DNA of 64,000 bases from Acidimicrobiia bacterium (GCA_016871175.1 VFZL01000001.1:64218-128217); one strand, 5' to 3'. Counted from the stretch's first letter, positions 18,522-28,162 are shown. The notes: generated from the sequence alone by a model not told the origin. Program-made: numbers and translations.

Positions 18522-20321
18522 TCAATCGAGGTGTCCTCGCTCGGCGTCTCCCATCTCGACACCGCCGCCGGGAAAGTACTCCGTCCAGCGCCGGCTCACG
18601 GTCTCGGCGACCGCTGGTCGACAGGTAAGCTCCTTCGGATACCACGGCTTCATCCGCGCGTCGATGACCACCGGCGCCACGTAGGAGACGTGATTGCGGA
18701 TCACCCGCCGATCCGCCGCAGCGATATCAGCCGACGGCTCGAATCGTGTGAACGTCGTCCATAGGAAATTCATCGCGCTTCGGGTCGCTCTCTGAGCATC
18801 GTCGGTTACGACCAGGAGCGTCCAGCCCGTGAAGGCCGGATGCGCCGCGATGCGAGGGGCGACATCGGGTTCCTGCTGATACGCAGGGGCTTCGACGACC
18901 AGACATCCGCCGCAGAACGCACGCACATCGCGCACCCCGACGGGGAGCTCAGAGGCAGAGAACGAGCGCGGCAGATCGCGAACTGGCGGACCCAGACCGA
19001 GCCAGATGCCTTTCGATCCCTTGTTCACCTCAGGTCCGCTGTAGTCGAGCGTATCCATCGACAGGTTGGAAAAGACATACAGGTCCGTTTCGGGGTGTGT
19101 GCGGGCGAGCACGTGCTCGAGCGTTGCCCGGAAGTCCTGCAGATTCACTGGCTGGTCCGTGACGAGCAGGAATTTCGTGAGTGACAATTGCCCCTCGCCG
19201 AGGATCCGGAAGGCGCTCACCATCGCCTCCCTCGCATACCGCTGTTTGACGATGGCACTGGCGAGCGAGTGATAGCCGGTCTCTCCGTACGACCAGAGCT
19301 GCTCGACGGCGGGCATGACGAGCGGGAAGAGCGGCGAGAGGAGCTCCTGCAAGAGATCGCCGATGTAGAAGTCCTCCTGCCGCGGTTTGCCGACGACGGT
19401 TGCCGGGTAGATGGCGTCGCGTCGTCGTGCGAGATGGCGCACGGTGAACACCGGGTAGTCGTGTTGCAGCGAGTAGTACCCGTAGTGATCACCGAACGGG
19501 CCCTCCGGCTTGCGCACGTGCGGCGCCACGTCGCCGATCAGCGCGAACTCGGCGTTCGCCACGAGCGGGTGGGGCCACGGTCCGTTCGACATCGCCAGGC
19601 GCTCGCCCGCGATGAGCGACGCCAGCAGGAGCTCCGGCACGTTCTCCGGCAGAGGAGCGACGGCCGACAGGATCAGCGCCGGTGGTCCCCCGAGGAACAC
19701 GGTGGCCGGCAACGCCTGATTGCGTGACTCCGCGATCTGATAGTGGAACCCTCCGCCTTTGCCGATCTGCCAGTGCATCCCGGTTGTTCGGGCATCGTGG
19801 ATGTGCAAGCGGTACATCCCAAGGTTCGAGCCTCGTCCATCGGGATGCTGCGTGTACACGAGTGGCAGCGTGACGAACGGTCCGCCATCTTCGGGCCACG
19901 TGGTCAGCGCGGGCAGCCGATCCAGGCGAACGTCTTCCGTGACGACCTCGGTGATGGGGCCGCCTGAACGGCGCTTCAGTCCGATCTTCAGTGCTTCGAG
20001 GCCGACGTCTCTCGCGCCCCAGAGTTTGCCAGGCGTTGGTGGCAGCAGGGTCTCGACGATGTGCACGAGGCGCTTGATCAGGCGGAGCGGTCTATTGCCG
20101 AACGCAAGCTCGGCGCGTTTCGCCGTGCCGAAGAGATTCGTGACGAGCGGGAAATCGGCGCCCTTGACGCGTCGGAAGAGGAGAGCCGGACCCGCAGCCG
20201 CAATCACCCGACGATGGATCTCGGCGACCTCCAGATACGGATCGACCTCCGCCTCGATGACGACCAGATCGCGATCGCGCGTCAGCTGATCGATGAACGC
20301 ACGGAGGTCAGGGAAGGTCAT
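18522..20321 (-). CDS. UbiD-family (prenyl-FMN-dependent) decarboxylase
   Basis: ATG at 20321 gives MTFPDLRAFIDQLTRDRDLVVIEAEVDPYLEVAEIHRRV...GPALLFRRVKGADFPLVTNLFG, the canonical UbiD N-terminus; 599 aa. The upstream 124 track codons are Arg/Ser-rich junk. Confidence 0.85.
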   Translation of the reverse strand: MTFPDLRAFIDQLTRDRDLVVIEAEVDPYLEVAEIHRRVIAAAGPALLFRRVKGADFPLVTNLFGTAKRAELAFGNRPLRLIKRLVHIVETLLPPTPGKLWGARDVGLEALKIGLKRRSGGPITEVVTEDVRLDRLPALTTWPEDGGPFVTLPLVYTQHPDGRGSNLGMYRLHIHDARTTGMHWQIGKGGGFHYQIAESRNQALPATVFLGGPPALILSAVAPLPENVPELLLASLIAGERLAMSNGPWPHPLVANAEFALIGDVAPHVRKPEGPFGDHYGYYSLQHDYPVFTVRHLARRRDAIYPATVVGKPRQEDFYIGDLLQELLSPLFPLVMPAVEQLWSYGETGYHSLASAIVKQRYAREAMVSAFRILGEGQLSLTKFLLVTDQPVNLQDFRATLEHVLARTHPETDLYVFSNLSMDTLDYSGPEVNKGSKGIWLGLGPPVRDLPRSFSASELPVGVRDVRAFCGGCLVVEAPAYQQEPDVAPRIAAHPAFTGWTLLVVTDDAQRATRSAMNFLWTTFTRFEPSADIAAADRRVIRNHVSYVAPVVIDARMKPWYPKELTCRPAVAETVSRRWTEYFPGGGVEMGDAERGHLD

Positions 20322-20475
20322 GCGGCAACGCGGCAAGAGCAGGCAGCCGGCGCAGGCGAGAACAGCGACGCGCGCCTCGAACCGAGAGTTGGAACGCTGC
20401 GAACTGGACGCTGACGGATGAAGGCGCCGCGCACGGTAACGCGAGTATAGCGCGCGGCGCGGCCCAGCTCCTGAG

Positions 20476-21369
20476 CTACTTGGCGCTGGACAGATTGCCG
20501 TAGAGCGCGCGGAGGAAACGCTCGTGGCTGCTGCCGCCCGGATCGACTTTGCCATCGAACTCGGCGGTCGGTTTGGCCGCGAGCACTTGTTCGACGGTCT
20601 GGCCCTGCTTGATGAGCCCGGCGACCTTGTTGCGAACCGCGAGCGCCATGTCGCGGTGCGCGGCGACGGCGTTCTTGTCGACGATCGGTCCATGCCCGGG
20701 CACGATCTTCGTTGTCGCCTTCGCGGTCGAAATGATCTTGTTCAATCCGTCGATCAGCCCGTTGAAGGTCCAGCCGTTGTTCGGGTCGGGGAATGGATAC
20801 CCGACGGATCGATAGACGTCGCCGGTCATGATCACGTCCGCGTTCGGGAAGTAGACCATCGTGTCGCCGTCGGTATGGGCCGACTGGATGGGGATGAGCT
20901 GAATCGCCTCGCCGTTCATGTTGATCGTGACCGGCGCGTTGTAGGTGACAACCGGTAGCGCCGCCGCAGGCGACGGCTTCGGCCCGCCAGCCAGCCGGGC
21001 GCGAAGTTGTTCGCGCGCAAGGATCGTGACACCCAGCGTCCCGAAGTTCTCGTTGCCGCCGGTGTGATCGCCGTGGACGTGGGTGTTGACCACGAACCGG
21101 ATCGGTCCCGGTGAGATCTCCTTGACCGCGGCCACGATCTTCTCCGTCAGCGGAGCGAACTGTGTGTCCACCATGAAGACGCCGTCAGGCCCCCCGAGGA
21201 CGCCAATCAGGCCGCCCTGCCCCTCGAGGGTGTAGAAGTTGCCACTGAGCTTGGTGGCCTTAACCTGGACCTTGCTGAAGTCCTGGCCCTGCTGCGCAAA
21301 CGCGGCGGTCGCCACCATCACCGCGGCGACGGTGAGCGTCGTGAAGAACATCGATGACCGAAGTCGCAT
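20476..21369 (-). CDS. Secreted MBL-fold metallo-hydrolase
   Basis: Signal peptide MRLRSSMFFTTLTVAAVMVATAAFAQQ. HxHxDH motif NTHVHGDHTGG. Confidence 0.85.
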   Translation of the reverse strand: MRLRSSMFFTTLTVAAVMVATAAFAQQGQDFSKVQVKATKLSGNFYTLEGQGGLIGVLGGPDGVFMVDTQFAPLTEKIVAAVKEISPGPIRFVVNTHVHGDHTGGNENFGTLGVTILAREQLRARLAGGPKPSPAAALPVVTYNAPVTINMNGEAIQLIPIQSAHTDGDTMVYFPNADVIMTGDVYRSVGYPFPDPNNGWTFNGLIDGLNKIISTAKATTKIVPGHGPIVDKNAVAAHRDMALAVRNKVAGLIKQGQTVEQVLAAKPTAEFDGKVDPGGSSHERFLRALYGNLSSAK

Positions 21370-21494
21370 GTGCGTCTCTCCTCAGCGGCGCATTCTAGCC
21401 GGGAAACGCCCACCCGTGCAGCCTGCCCGGCACCTACACGCTGATTTACGCACGGCCGGCAACGCGCGGGTAGAATCGAAGCACGCGCGCACGG

Positions 21495-23357
21495 ATGAGA
21501 CCCGTCACCGCTCGAGCCATCGTCAGAGCCTTCGCGCTTGTCTTGGCGACCTTTACGCTCGAGGTGGACGCCGCCAATGCGGCGCAGTGGCTGCGCCTGC
21601 GCTCGCCTCACTTCGTGGTGGTCGGGGACGCGAGCGAGGGCGAGCTCCGCCGCGTGGCGGACCGCGTCGAGGGCTTTCGCGAAGGGCTCATGCGCGCGCT
21701 GCCGCACGCGATCGTCGCGATGCCGGTCCCCGTGACGATCGTGGTGTTTGCGACCGACGGCGGTTTCACGCCGTTCAAGCCGTTGGTCGAGGGCCAGCCG
21801 ATGGAACGAATCGCCGGATACTTCATGGCAGGTGAGGACGCCAACTACATCGCTATGACGCTCGCGCACGGTGAGGCGGCCTATCCGACGATCCTTCACG
21901 AGTACACGCACGCGCTGCTTTCGGAAACGCTCCCGTCCGCCCCGATGTGGCTGCATGAGGGGCTGGCCGAGATCTACAGTACCTACACCGAGCGCGCAGA
22001 TGGCCGATCGGCGCTCATCGGTGCGGTCCCCCAGATGCATCTGCGCGAGCTTCGGAGTGGTGTTCCGCTGCCCATCGAGGTCGTCATGGCCGCAGACGCG
22101 ACGGCCGCCGTGTACAACGAGGGCGAGCGCCGCGGCATGTTCTACGCCCAGGCGTGGGCACTGACGCACTATCTGCTGCTCGGCAACGAGGCGAGACGCG
22201 CGCAAGTACCCGAGTATCTCCGGCTCCGCGACGAAGGCAAGAGTGTCGGTGACGCGATTCGCGGCGCGTTCGGGTGCGAGCCGGAAGCACTCGAGAGCGA
22301 GTTCAAGGGCTACGGTCGCCTGTTCTCCTTGAAGGGATTCGACGTGACGCTCGATCCGAATCGGCGCCGCCAGTGGACCTTGACCGCGGAACGCATTCCG
22401 CTCGAGGACGCACAGACGTACACGGTTGAGCTCCTGGCACGCCAGAGCCGACCAGACGAGGCGCGGCGCGCCATCGATCAGATCCTGCAGGCGAGTCCCG
22501 GACTTCCGCGCGGTTTGGCGGAACTTGGCCGGCTGCACGTCCGCGCTGGCCGCGGCGAGGAAGGCTTGCCGCTCCTGCGCGCAGCCGCCGAAAAGCTGCC
22601 CGACGATGCCGCGGTGGCATCGACCTACGCGCGCGCGCTGGTGGAGCAGCTCCGGGCGCAAGGCACGGAGGCGGCGGCGAACGATCGCGACGGACTCGAT
22701 CGCGCGGGTCGAGCGCTCGCTGTCGCGCATCGGTTGGATCCGGACGACGTGTATGTCGTGGCGATGCAGGGGTTCGTCGCGCTGCTGGAAGGCGCCGACT
22801 TCGGGCGAGCCCGCGAGCTGCTGGCGCGTGCCGTCCGTCTCTCGCCTGCCCGCCAGGAGTACCATCTCTTGCTTGCGCAGGTGCTCATCGCTCAGCGCAA
22901 TCTGGCAGGCGCGCAGGCACTGCTGGGGCCACTCGTCGCGAGCGGTGCACAGGCGCGGATCCGCGAGCAGGCCCGGACCTTGTTGGCGCGCGCCGCAGCC
23001 GACTCGAGCTCGACCCCTGAGGCAATCGCCGCGATGCGTGGGGCGCAGGCGCTCCGGCCCCTGGAAGCCGATGAGTCTCGATTTATCGGGACGTTTGAGC
23101 GCGTCGAGTGTGGTCCGCAGGGCACGGTGCTCCATGTTCGGACGAGCGATCGGCTGATCCGGCTGCGAGCGAATCGGCTCGAGGACGTTGATCTCATCAA
23201 TTACCGGGACGAGCCGGTTTCTCCAGTCGGCTGCGGTGCACCGGCCGAAGCGCTGCGCGTCGTCGCGACCTTCCGCGGACTGGCCGATCGAGACGCCGAG
23301 GCCGTGGCGCTCGAATTCGTGCCCTTGGACTACGAACTGCCTCAGCCAGGGAGGTAG
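21495..23357 (+). CDS. Secreted HEXXH (DUF1570/peptidase-MA-like) protein with C-terminal TPR region
   Basis: Signal-like N-terminus. ILHEYTHAL (HEXXH) followed by WLHEGLAEIY. The C-terminal half consists of TPR-like helical repeats. Confidence 0.6.
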   Translation: MRPVTARAIVRAFALVLATFTLEVDAANAAQWLRLRSPHFVVVGDASEGELRRVADRVEGFREGLMRALPHAIVAMPVPVTIVVFATDGGFTPFKPLVEGQPMERIAGYFMAGEDANYIAMTLAHGEAAYPTILHEYTHALLSETLPSAPMWLHEGLAEIYSTYTERADGRSALIGAVPQMHLRELRSGVPLPIEVVMAADATAAVYNEGERRGMFYAQAWALTHYLLLGNEARRAQVPEYLRLRDEGKSVGDAIRGAFGCEPEALESEFKGYGRLFSLKGFDVTLDPNRRRQWTLTAERIPLEDAQTYTVELLARQSRPDEARRAIDQILQASPGLPRGLAELGRLHVRAGRGEEGLPLLRAAAEKLPDDAAVASTYARALVEQLRAQGTEAAANDRDGLDRAGRALAVAHRLDPDDVYVVAMQGFVALLEGADFGRARELLARAVRLSPARQEYHLLLAQVLIAQRNLAGAQALLGPLVASGAQARIREQARTLLARAAADSSSTPEAIAAMRGAQALRPLEADESRFIGTFERVECGPQGTVLHVRTSDRLIRLRANRLEDVDLINYRDEPVSPVGCGAPAEALRVVATFRGLADRDAEAVALEFVPLDYELPQPGR

Positions 23358-23571
23358 GGGACTAGGGACCGGCCGCGCATTGTGGGGGACACGAAGCGAG
23401 AACCGCGCGCACGGCGCGCCCGCGATGCGGCTGAGTGGGGCGTGTGGGCTCCGGCGCAGCCCCCAAGCCGGGGTTCGGGGCGGAGCCCCGACTGCCCCAT
23501 GTAACGCCGCTGAGGTGTGCCGCACTATGAGGGTCGGAGGTGCCGACACCGTGACTTCACGGAGTTGCCGC

Positions 23572-24659
23572 ATGCTGAGACTCTCGAGTGTCCTCGCGCT
23601 AACGCTCGCCCTGTCAGCGCGAGCCGTGTGGGCAGCAGATCACCTGGCTGAGGTTCGGGCGTTGTACGCCTCGGCCGCGTACGAGGACTCGTTGGCTCTC
23701 CTGGCCAAGGTTGACGATCCCGTCCAGCAGGACGTCGCGGATGAGTATCGAGCGCTGTGTCTCCTGGCGCTGAACCGGGAAGCGGCGGCCGAAGAAGCCG
23801 TCGCCGCGTGGGTTCGTCGGCGTCCTCAGGTGCCGGACGACCTGGCCAACCGACCTTCGAAGCTCGTTGCGCTTTACAAGAAAGTTCGCGCCCGGCTGCT
23901 GCCCGGCTTGGCCACAAGCGCGTACACGGCGGCGAAGACGACCTTCGAGGCAGGCGATTTCGCTGCGTCGACGCGACAGTTCCGCGAGGCGCTCGTCCTT
24001 CTGCGCGCTGCCGACCACGAGCGCGATGAGACGGCCCCAGCAACGGATTACGAGACCCTGGCAACCGGATTCTTGTCGCTGGCAGAAAGCCGGCTCGCTG
24101 AGGCGCGGAAGGCGGCGGTGCCAAAGGAGCCAGAGGTGCGGGTGCAACCTGCCTCTCTCCCGTCGTCGCTGCTGGCGGCGACCGCAGAAGCGCCTCCGGC
24201 CGCGAGGTCGACACCAGCGACCACGCAAGTCGCACGACCACCCGCTGGGGGGCCATGTCCACAACGTCCGAAGCCGATGTGATTGGCGGTTCCGATCCGC
24301 ACGCGGCTCGCCCGAGCGGCAGTGCGCCGTTCAACCCCGTGCCCCGAGTGTTCGACGCCTCGGATACCGACGTGAAGCCGCCCGTGGTCCTCAAGCAAAG
24401 GCTACCGCCGTGGTTCCCGCCCCACGAGCTCCTCCGCAATCGCCGCTTTACCGGCCGAGTGGAGATCGTCGTGGGCATCGACGGACGCGTTGTATCAGCG
24501 GAGATTCTCCAGCCCTCGTACACAATCTATGACGACCTCGTACTCCGGGCCACGAGGCATTGGTTGTATCAACCCGCGTTCAAGCGAGAGTTCCCGGTCC
24601 AGTTCCGCCGCGTCGTCGAGTACGTGCTGAGCGCCGCCCCCGAGCCGTCGCGGCGATGA
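23572..24659 (+). pseudogene. TonB C-terminal-domain protein (signal peptide, helical N-domain, Pro-rich linker, TonB_C) split by a frame change at a G6 run
   Basis: Part A (23572..24282) starts MLRLSSVLALTLALSARAVWA and ends in a Pro/Ala linker. Part B (24255..24659, other frame) is TonB_C-like: DVKPPVVLKQRLPPWFP...GRVEIVVGIDGRVVSAEIL. Adding one G to GGGGGG (24247-24252) joins them as ...ARPPAGGAMSTTSEADV.... Confidence 0.55.
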
Positions 24660-24910
24660 TTCCAGGCCGACTGGCTGACTTGCGACTTCGCTATCGCCCG
24701 TCCTTCACCTCGGTCGGGACGTCTGGGGACGCCGCGGGTTCGGGCGCGGTCGCGTCAGTCGGCGTTACTTCCTCGGTGGCCGCCGGTGGCACCTGGGCCT
24801 CGGGCGTCGCCTTCGCCGTAGTGATCGGCTGCGCGGTCGCATCCGCGGTCTTCGTGTTGGCGTTCTTTACCGGTGCGACCTTCCGCTTGATGACTGGCTT
24901 CTTCGTCTAG
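24656..24910 (+). CDS. Possible small tail-anchored membrane protein (84 aa); competes with an opposite-strand open frame
   Basis: ATG overlaps the upstream stop (ATGA). C-terminal hydrophobic stretch is GVAFAVVIGCAVASAVFVLAFF. Third-codon positions coincide with the antisense frame, so GC3 cannot discriminate between the two. Confidence 0.25.
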   Translation: MIPGRLADLRLRYRPSFTSVGTSGDAAGSGAVASVGVTSSVAAGGTWASGVAFAVVIGCAVASAVFVLAFFTGATFRLMTGFFV

Positions 24911-25617
24911 TCCACTGTGGCCTCCGCCGGCATGCCCGCGACGACCTCGAGATCGAAGGCTCGGACGTTTCTGCGATAACGCAGCTCCACCCGGTGGACT
25001 CCAGGGGGAAGCTCGATGACGAGCGGCGTCTTACCGCGCTCGATCGCATCGACCACGACGATGGAGCCTGGCGGCTTCGAGTCGATCGCCACACGGCGCG
25101 GCTGCGGCGCGACGGGCGCGCGGCCGGACTGATACGCGCGCCACACCGACGGCACCGCGACAGCCCCGAGTACGACCGCCGCAGCAAGAGCCGCAACGAC
25201 CGGTCCCAAGCGACGCTTTCGCGAGGTCAGGGCGACGGGTGGCGTCCCGGTCGTCGTTTCCGTGCGAGGGGGAATCCACAGTGAATCCGTCCGTGGCGAG
25301 ACCCGCACCGAGGCGACGACGGCCGGCGTGGCCTTGATGGATGCCGGCGCGACCGATGGCGAGCTGGAGGGAAGAGGTGTCGCGCCAGATGCTGTCGGCG
25401 CGTGCGGCTCGTCGGCAATACCGGGCGACGGCGTGGCGCTGTGGTCCGGCAGCGGCCCGTCCGTCCGGGGCTCGCTGAAGCCATTGAGCCACGCGTGTCG
25501 ATCGCCCAATGCGGCCAGCAGGTCGCGCGAAGGGTCGTGCCACGCCGCTTGGCGTGTGCGCCCCCACTGCACAAGCAGGCGCGCGGCGACAAAGTGCTCT
25601 GGTCGGGGCTCGGTCAT
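24907..25617 (-). CDS. Single-pass membrane protein with C-terminal PEGA domain
   Basis: ATG at 25617 (MTEPRPEHF...). TM segment LGPVVAALAAAVVLGAVAV. C-terminal IDSKPPGSIVVVDAIERGKTPLVIELPPGVHRVELR is PEGA-like. Ends with TAG at 24909-24907. Confidence 0.6.
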   Translation of the reverse strand: MTEPRPEHFVAARLLVQWGRTRQAAWHDPSRDLLAALGDRHAWLNGFSEPRTDGPLPDHSATPSPGIADEPHAPTASGATPLPSSSPSVAPASIKATPAVVASVRVSPRTDSLWIPPRTETTTGTPPVALTSRKRRLGPVVAALAAAVVLGAVAVPSVWRAYQSGRAPVAPQPRRVAIDSKPPGSIVVVDAIERGKTPLVIELPPGVHRVELRYRRNVRAFDLEVVAGMPAEATVD

Positions 25618-25832
25618 CGCGGTCGAGTCCGTGCGTCTCGTGTTCGGTGTGGCAAACGACACGCTGGGTCGACAAGACACGAAACCGCATACGTCCTCGT
25701 CGCGCGGCGCACGAGACCGTCGGGCCTTCGATGGTTCGTGTGCGACAGCCGATCAAGACTGGGAGTCCGATCACGCAATCGTCACCCACCTGTCACGCCT
25801 GCTGGCGATGGTGTGCAGCGCTCGGGCAAACC

Positions 25833-27734
25833 ATGTCATGGCCGCTGGCGCCGGCCTTGCTCGTCGCTCTGTTCGCGATGAGTCCATTCGATCGGGCGGC
25901 GCCGGTGTCAGACGTCGATCCGGAGGGTCCTCTCCGTGCCTCGGGTCAGCACGCCTTGACACAGTGGCGCGCGGCTTTCGACGAGCGGCTCGGGGCCCTC
26001 GAGCGCGCGCTTCGGGAGCCAACTCACGCCAGCGATCTCACCGCGCTCATCGTCGATTTCACACGCGTGGCCGGGGAGGAAGCCGAGGCGGCAGCCCGTC
26101 AGGCGACGCTCGATGCGCAGGCGAGCGCACGGCAGGACGTCCAGCTTACGGCCGCTGATCGCCAGGCGCTGGACGAGGCGCTCGCCGATCTTGCCGACGC
26201 GCGTCGGCAGCACCACGACGCACGCCAAGCGCTCGACGCTACACGCCGAGCCCATGAGGAAACGCGTCGCGCGCACGATCACGTCGTCCACCCGCTGGAC
26301 GAGACGCAGCGTGCCCTTCAGAATGCCCATCGAGAGGCGGCCGAGGCGCGACGGCTCGCGGCCGACGCGAACAGTCAGGCCAAACAGGCCGATGAGGAAC
26401 GGCGGGAGCTCGCCGGCATCCAGACCCAGCTTCAAGAACAGCTTCAAGAAGCGCGGGCCGAAGCTCGGGAGGCCGTTGCTCAGTGGACCGGTGTGCAGGA
26501 GGAGCTGGCGGAGGCGACAAAGGAAGCGGAGGAGCGCAGTCGTGAGATGCAATCCTTCCGTCGTCGGCTGGAGCAGGCCGTACACGACGCGGAGGAACGA
26601 TCGCGCGCGCAGGACGCGGACCGGGTCAGACTGGAGCGGGAGGTCGCGGATGCCTCGGCTCTGGCCGCCGCGGCGGCGGGTGAGCGAGACGCGAAGCACG
26701 AACTGACCCGAGTGACGCGAGAGCTCGACAGCCTCCGGTCTCAGTTGGGGGCCGATGCCGCGCGAACCTCGTCGCTCGAGCAGGACCTCGAGAATCGCGA
26801 CCGCCTCATCGAGAGCTTGCGGCAGGCACAGCAGGCTGAGATGCGTACGGCAGCCGAGGCGGCCGCCTGCAAGCCGTTTTCGGCGCCGACGCCGGGCGTC
26901 CAGGCCATCCCCACCCAATCGCCCGTTTCAGACGACCTTGGTCACGCTGTGGGTATCGAAGCCCCAGAGCCGCGCGCGGCCTCAGCAACGCCGACCCCGC
27001 CTTCGACCGCGCCCGAAGATGCCGCGACGCCGCTCATGGCGACCACCTCGCCTTGCGAGGAGACTGTTCAGCAGGCTCGCCCCGAGGCCCTGGAGTGGCC
27101 GCACTCGCTTCACGCGCCGGCCAGGGCCGGAGCGGCCGCCGACATCGACGGTGTGGTCGCGTCGACCGAAGGGCTCGCGGATGCCCCGGTCGACGATCGG
27201 CCCGTGTCCCCGTCCCCAGATTCGACCGGTGTGTTCTCGAGCGTGGCGGACGCGTTGCGCGCCTGGACCATCGAAACCGTCGCGCCCGGAGAGGGCGCGC
27301 TCTCGTCAGATCCATCGGCGGTGAGCCCGGTGTCCTCAGCCCACGGCGATATCGCCGATCGACCTCGAACCGAGGTGCCCCAGTACGATGTTGTGCGGAA
27401 GTCCGCTCGGCACGATCTCGCCTCGCGCCGAATCGAGGTGACCCTCGATCAGGAGCCGGGACACCTGGTTGATCTCTCTGCTAAAGGAGCTCAGGTCATC
27501 ACGTCGTCGATGCTGAAACCAGGTCGTCAGGTTCGCCTGGCATTCCCGACGGCCGGTCCGCTGGCGACGGCCAAGGCCAAGATTGTCTGGTCTCGGCTCG
27601 AGCCGCCGACCCACGGAGGTGGTGAGCTGCAGTATCGCGCGGGACTGACGTTCCTGAAGATCGACCCCAAGACAATCGATCGTGTGCTCGCCGCGCCCCA
27701 CAGCTCCCAAGCTTCGACGAAGCGAAGTCGCTAG
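25833..27734 (+). CDS. Large coiled-coil protein with C-terminal PilZ domain
   Basis: ATG at 25833 (MSWPLAPALLVALFAM; start uncertain). About 330 aa of Ala/Glu/Arg/Gln heptad-like coiled coil, then a Pro/Ala/Ser-rich linker. PilZ motifs RKSAR (RxxxR) and DLSAKG (DxSxxG). Confidence 0.7.
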   Translation: MSWPLAPALLVALFAMSPFDRAAPVSDVDPEGPLRASGQHALTQWRAAFDERLGALERALREPTHASDLTALIVDFTRVAGEEAEAAARQATLDAQASARQDVQLTAADRQALDEALADLADARRQHHDARQALDATRRAHEETRRAHDHVVHPLDETQRALQNAHREAAEARRLAADANSQAKQADEERRELAGIQTQLQEQLQEARAEAREAVAQWTGVQEELAEATKEAEERSREMQSFRRRLEQAVHDAEERSRAQDADRVRLEREVADASALAAAAAGERDAKHELTRVTRELDSLRSQLGADAARTSSLEQDLENRDRLIESLRQAQQAEMRTAAEAAACKPFSAPTPGVQAIPTQSPVSDDLGHAVGIEAPEPRAASATPTPPSTAPEDAATPLMATTSPCEETVQQARPEALEWPHSLHAPARAGAAADIDGVVASTEGLADAPVDDRPVSPSPDSTGVFSSVADALRAWTIETVAPGEGALSSDPSAVSPVSSAHGDIADRPRTEVPQYDVVRKSARHDLASRRIEVTLDQEPGHLVDLSAKGAQVITSSMLKPGRQVRLAFPTAGPLATAKAKIVWSRLEPPTHGGGELQYRAGLTFLKIDPKTIDRVLAAPHSSQASTKRSR

Positions 27735-27760
27735 CACGAGACCAATCAACGATGACTGAA

Positions 27761-28162
27761 TCACCGGATTCCCAGCGCGCCGTAGACCTGGTACAGCACG
27801 AACGTGAAAAGTGCCAGCAGCGCAGGGGTGGTGAGGAGCGGCGTGGTGGCCAAATCGACCACGGTAGACAGCCCACGGCCCGGTGCCACGTCGGCAAACG
27901 GGATGGTCACTAGCTGTTGCTGGTCGTTCACGAAGAGGCACGTGGGCGCTCGGCGTCCCGGTGTGCCGATCGGCGCCGACGGATACTCGAGCGCGGCATA
28001 GGTGAGGCGGCGTTCGCGGCCATACGCCGCACACCGTGGTCGGGCGAGATTGCCTTCGACGAAGATGGCGAGCGTCAGCGCGAAGCCGAGCGCCAAGACC
28101 ACGACAATCGCGAGATTACGATACCGCTCCCAGCGGCGCAGCGTGTGGGGGGAGGAAGCCAT
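27761..28162 (-). CDS. Hypothetical membrane protein (133 aa)
   Basis: Two hydrophobic segments (LAIVVVLALGFALTLAIFV; TPALLALFTFVLYQVY). Lies directly downstream of pilT on the same strand. Confidence 0.45.
   Translation of the reverse strand: MASSPHTLRRWERYRNLAIVVVLALGFALTLAIFVEGNLARPRCAAYGRERRLTYAALEYPSAPIGTPGRRAPTCLFVNDQQQLVTIPFADVAPGRGLSTVVDLATTPLLTTPALLALFTFVLYQVYGALGIR

Noticed and set aside
21471-21476. TAGAAT -10-like boxes (21471, 38542), TATACT boxes (minus strand, 20444-49 and 36728-33) and TGcTATGAT (42919-26) as promoters
   Set aside because: These are plausible -10 hexamers in AT-poor DNA. However, the -35 partners are weak or mis-spaced, and I cannot score them without a model. 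They are not reported as features.
21318-23573. 751-aa minus-strand ORF, the longest in its region
   Set aside because: It is antisense to the HEXXH-TPR gene. It is Arg/Ala/Gly/Pro-rich with no motifs, typical of a GC-rich shadow frame.
24255-24659. TonB_C-only protein starting at ATG 24255 as an independent gene
   Set aside because: It would lack any signal or anchor for a periplasmic domain. A 1-nt correction in the adjacent G6 run gives a coherent single protein. It is retained only as part of the split gene.
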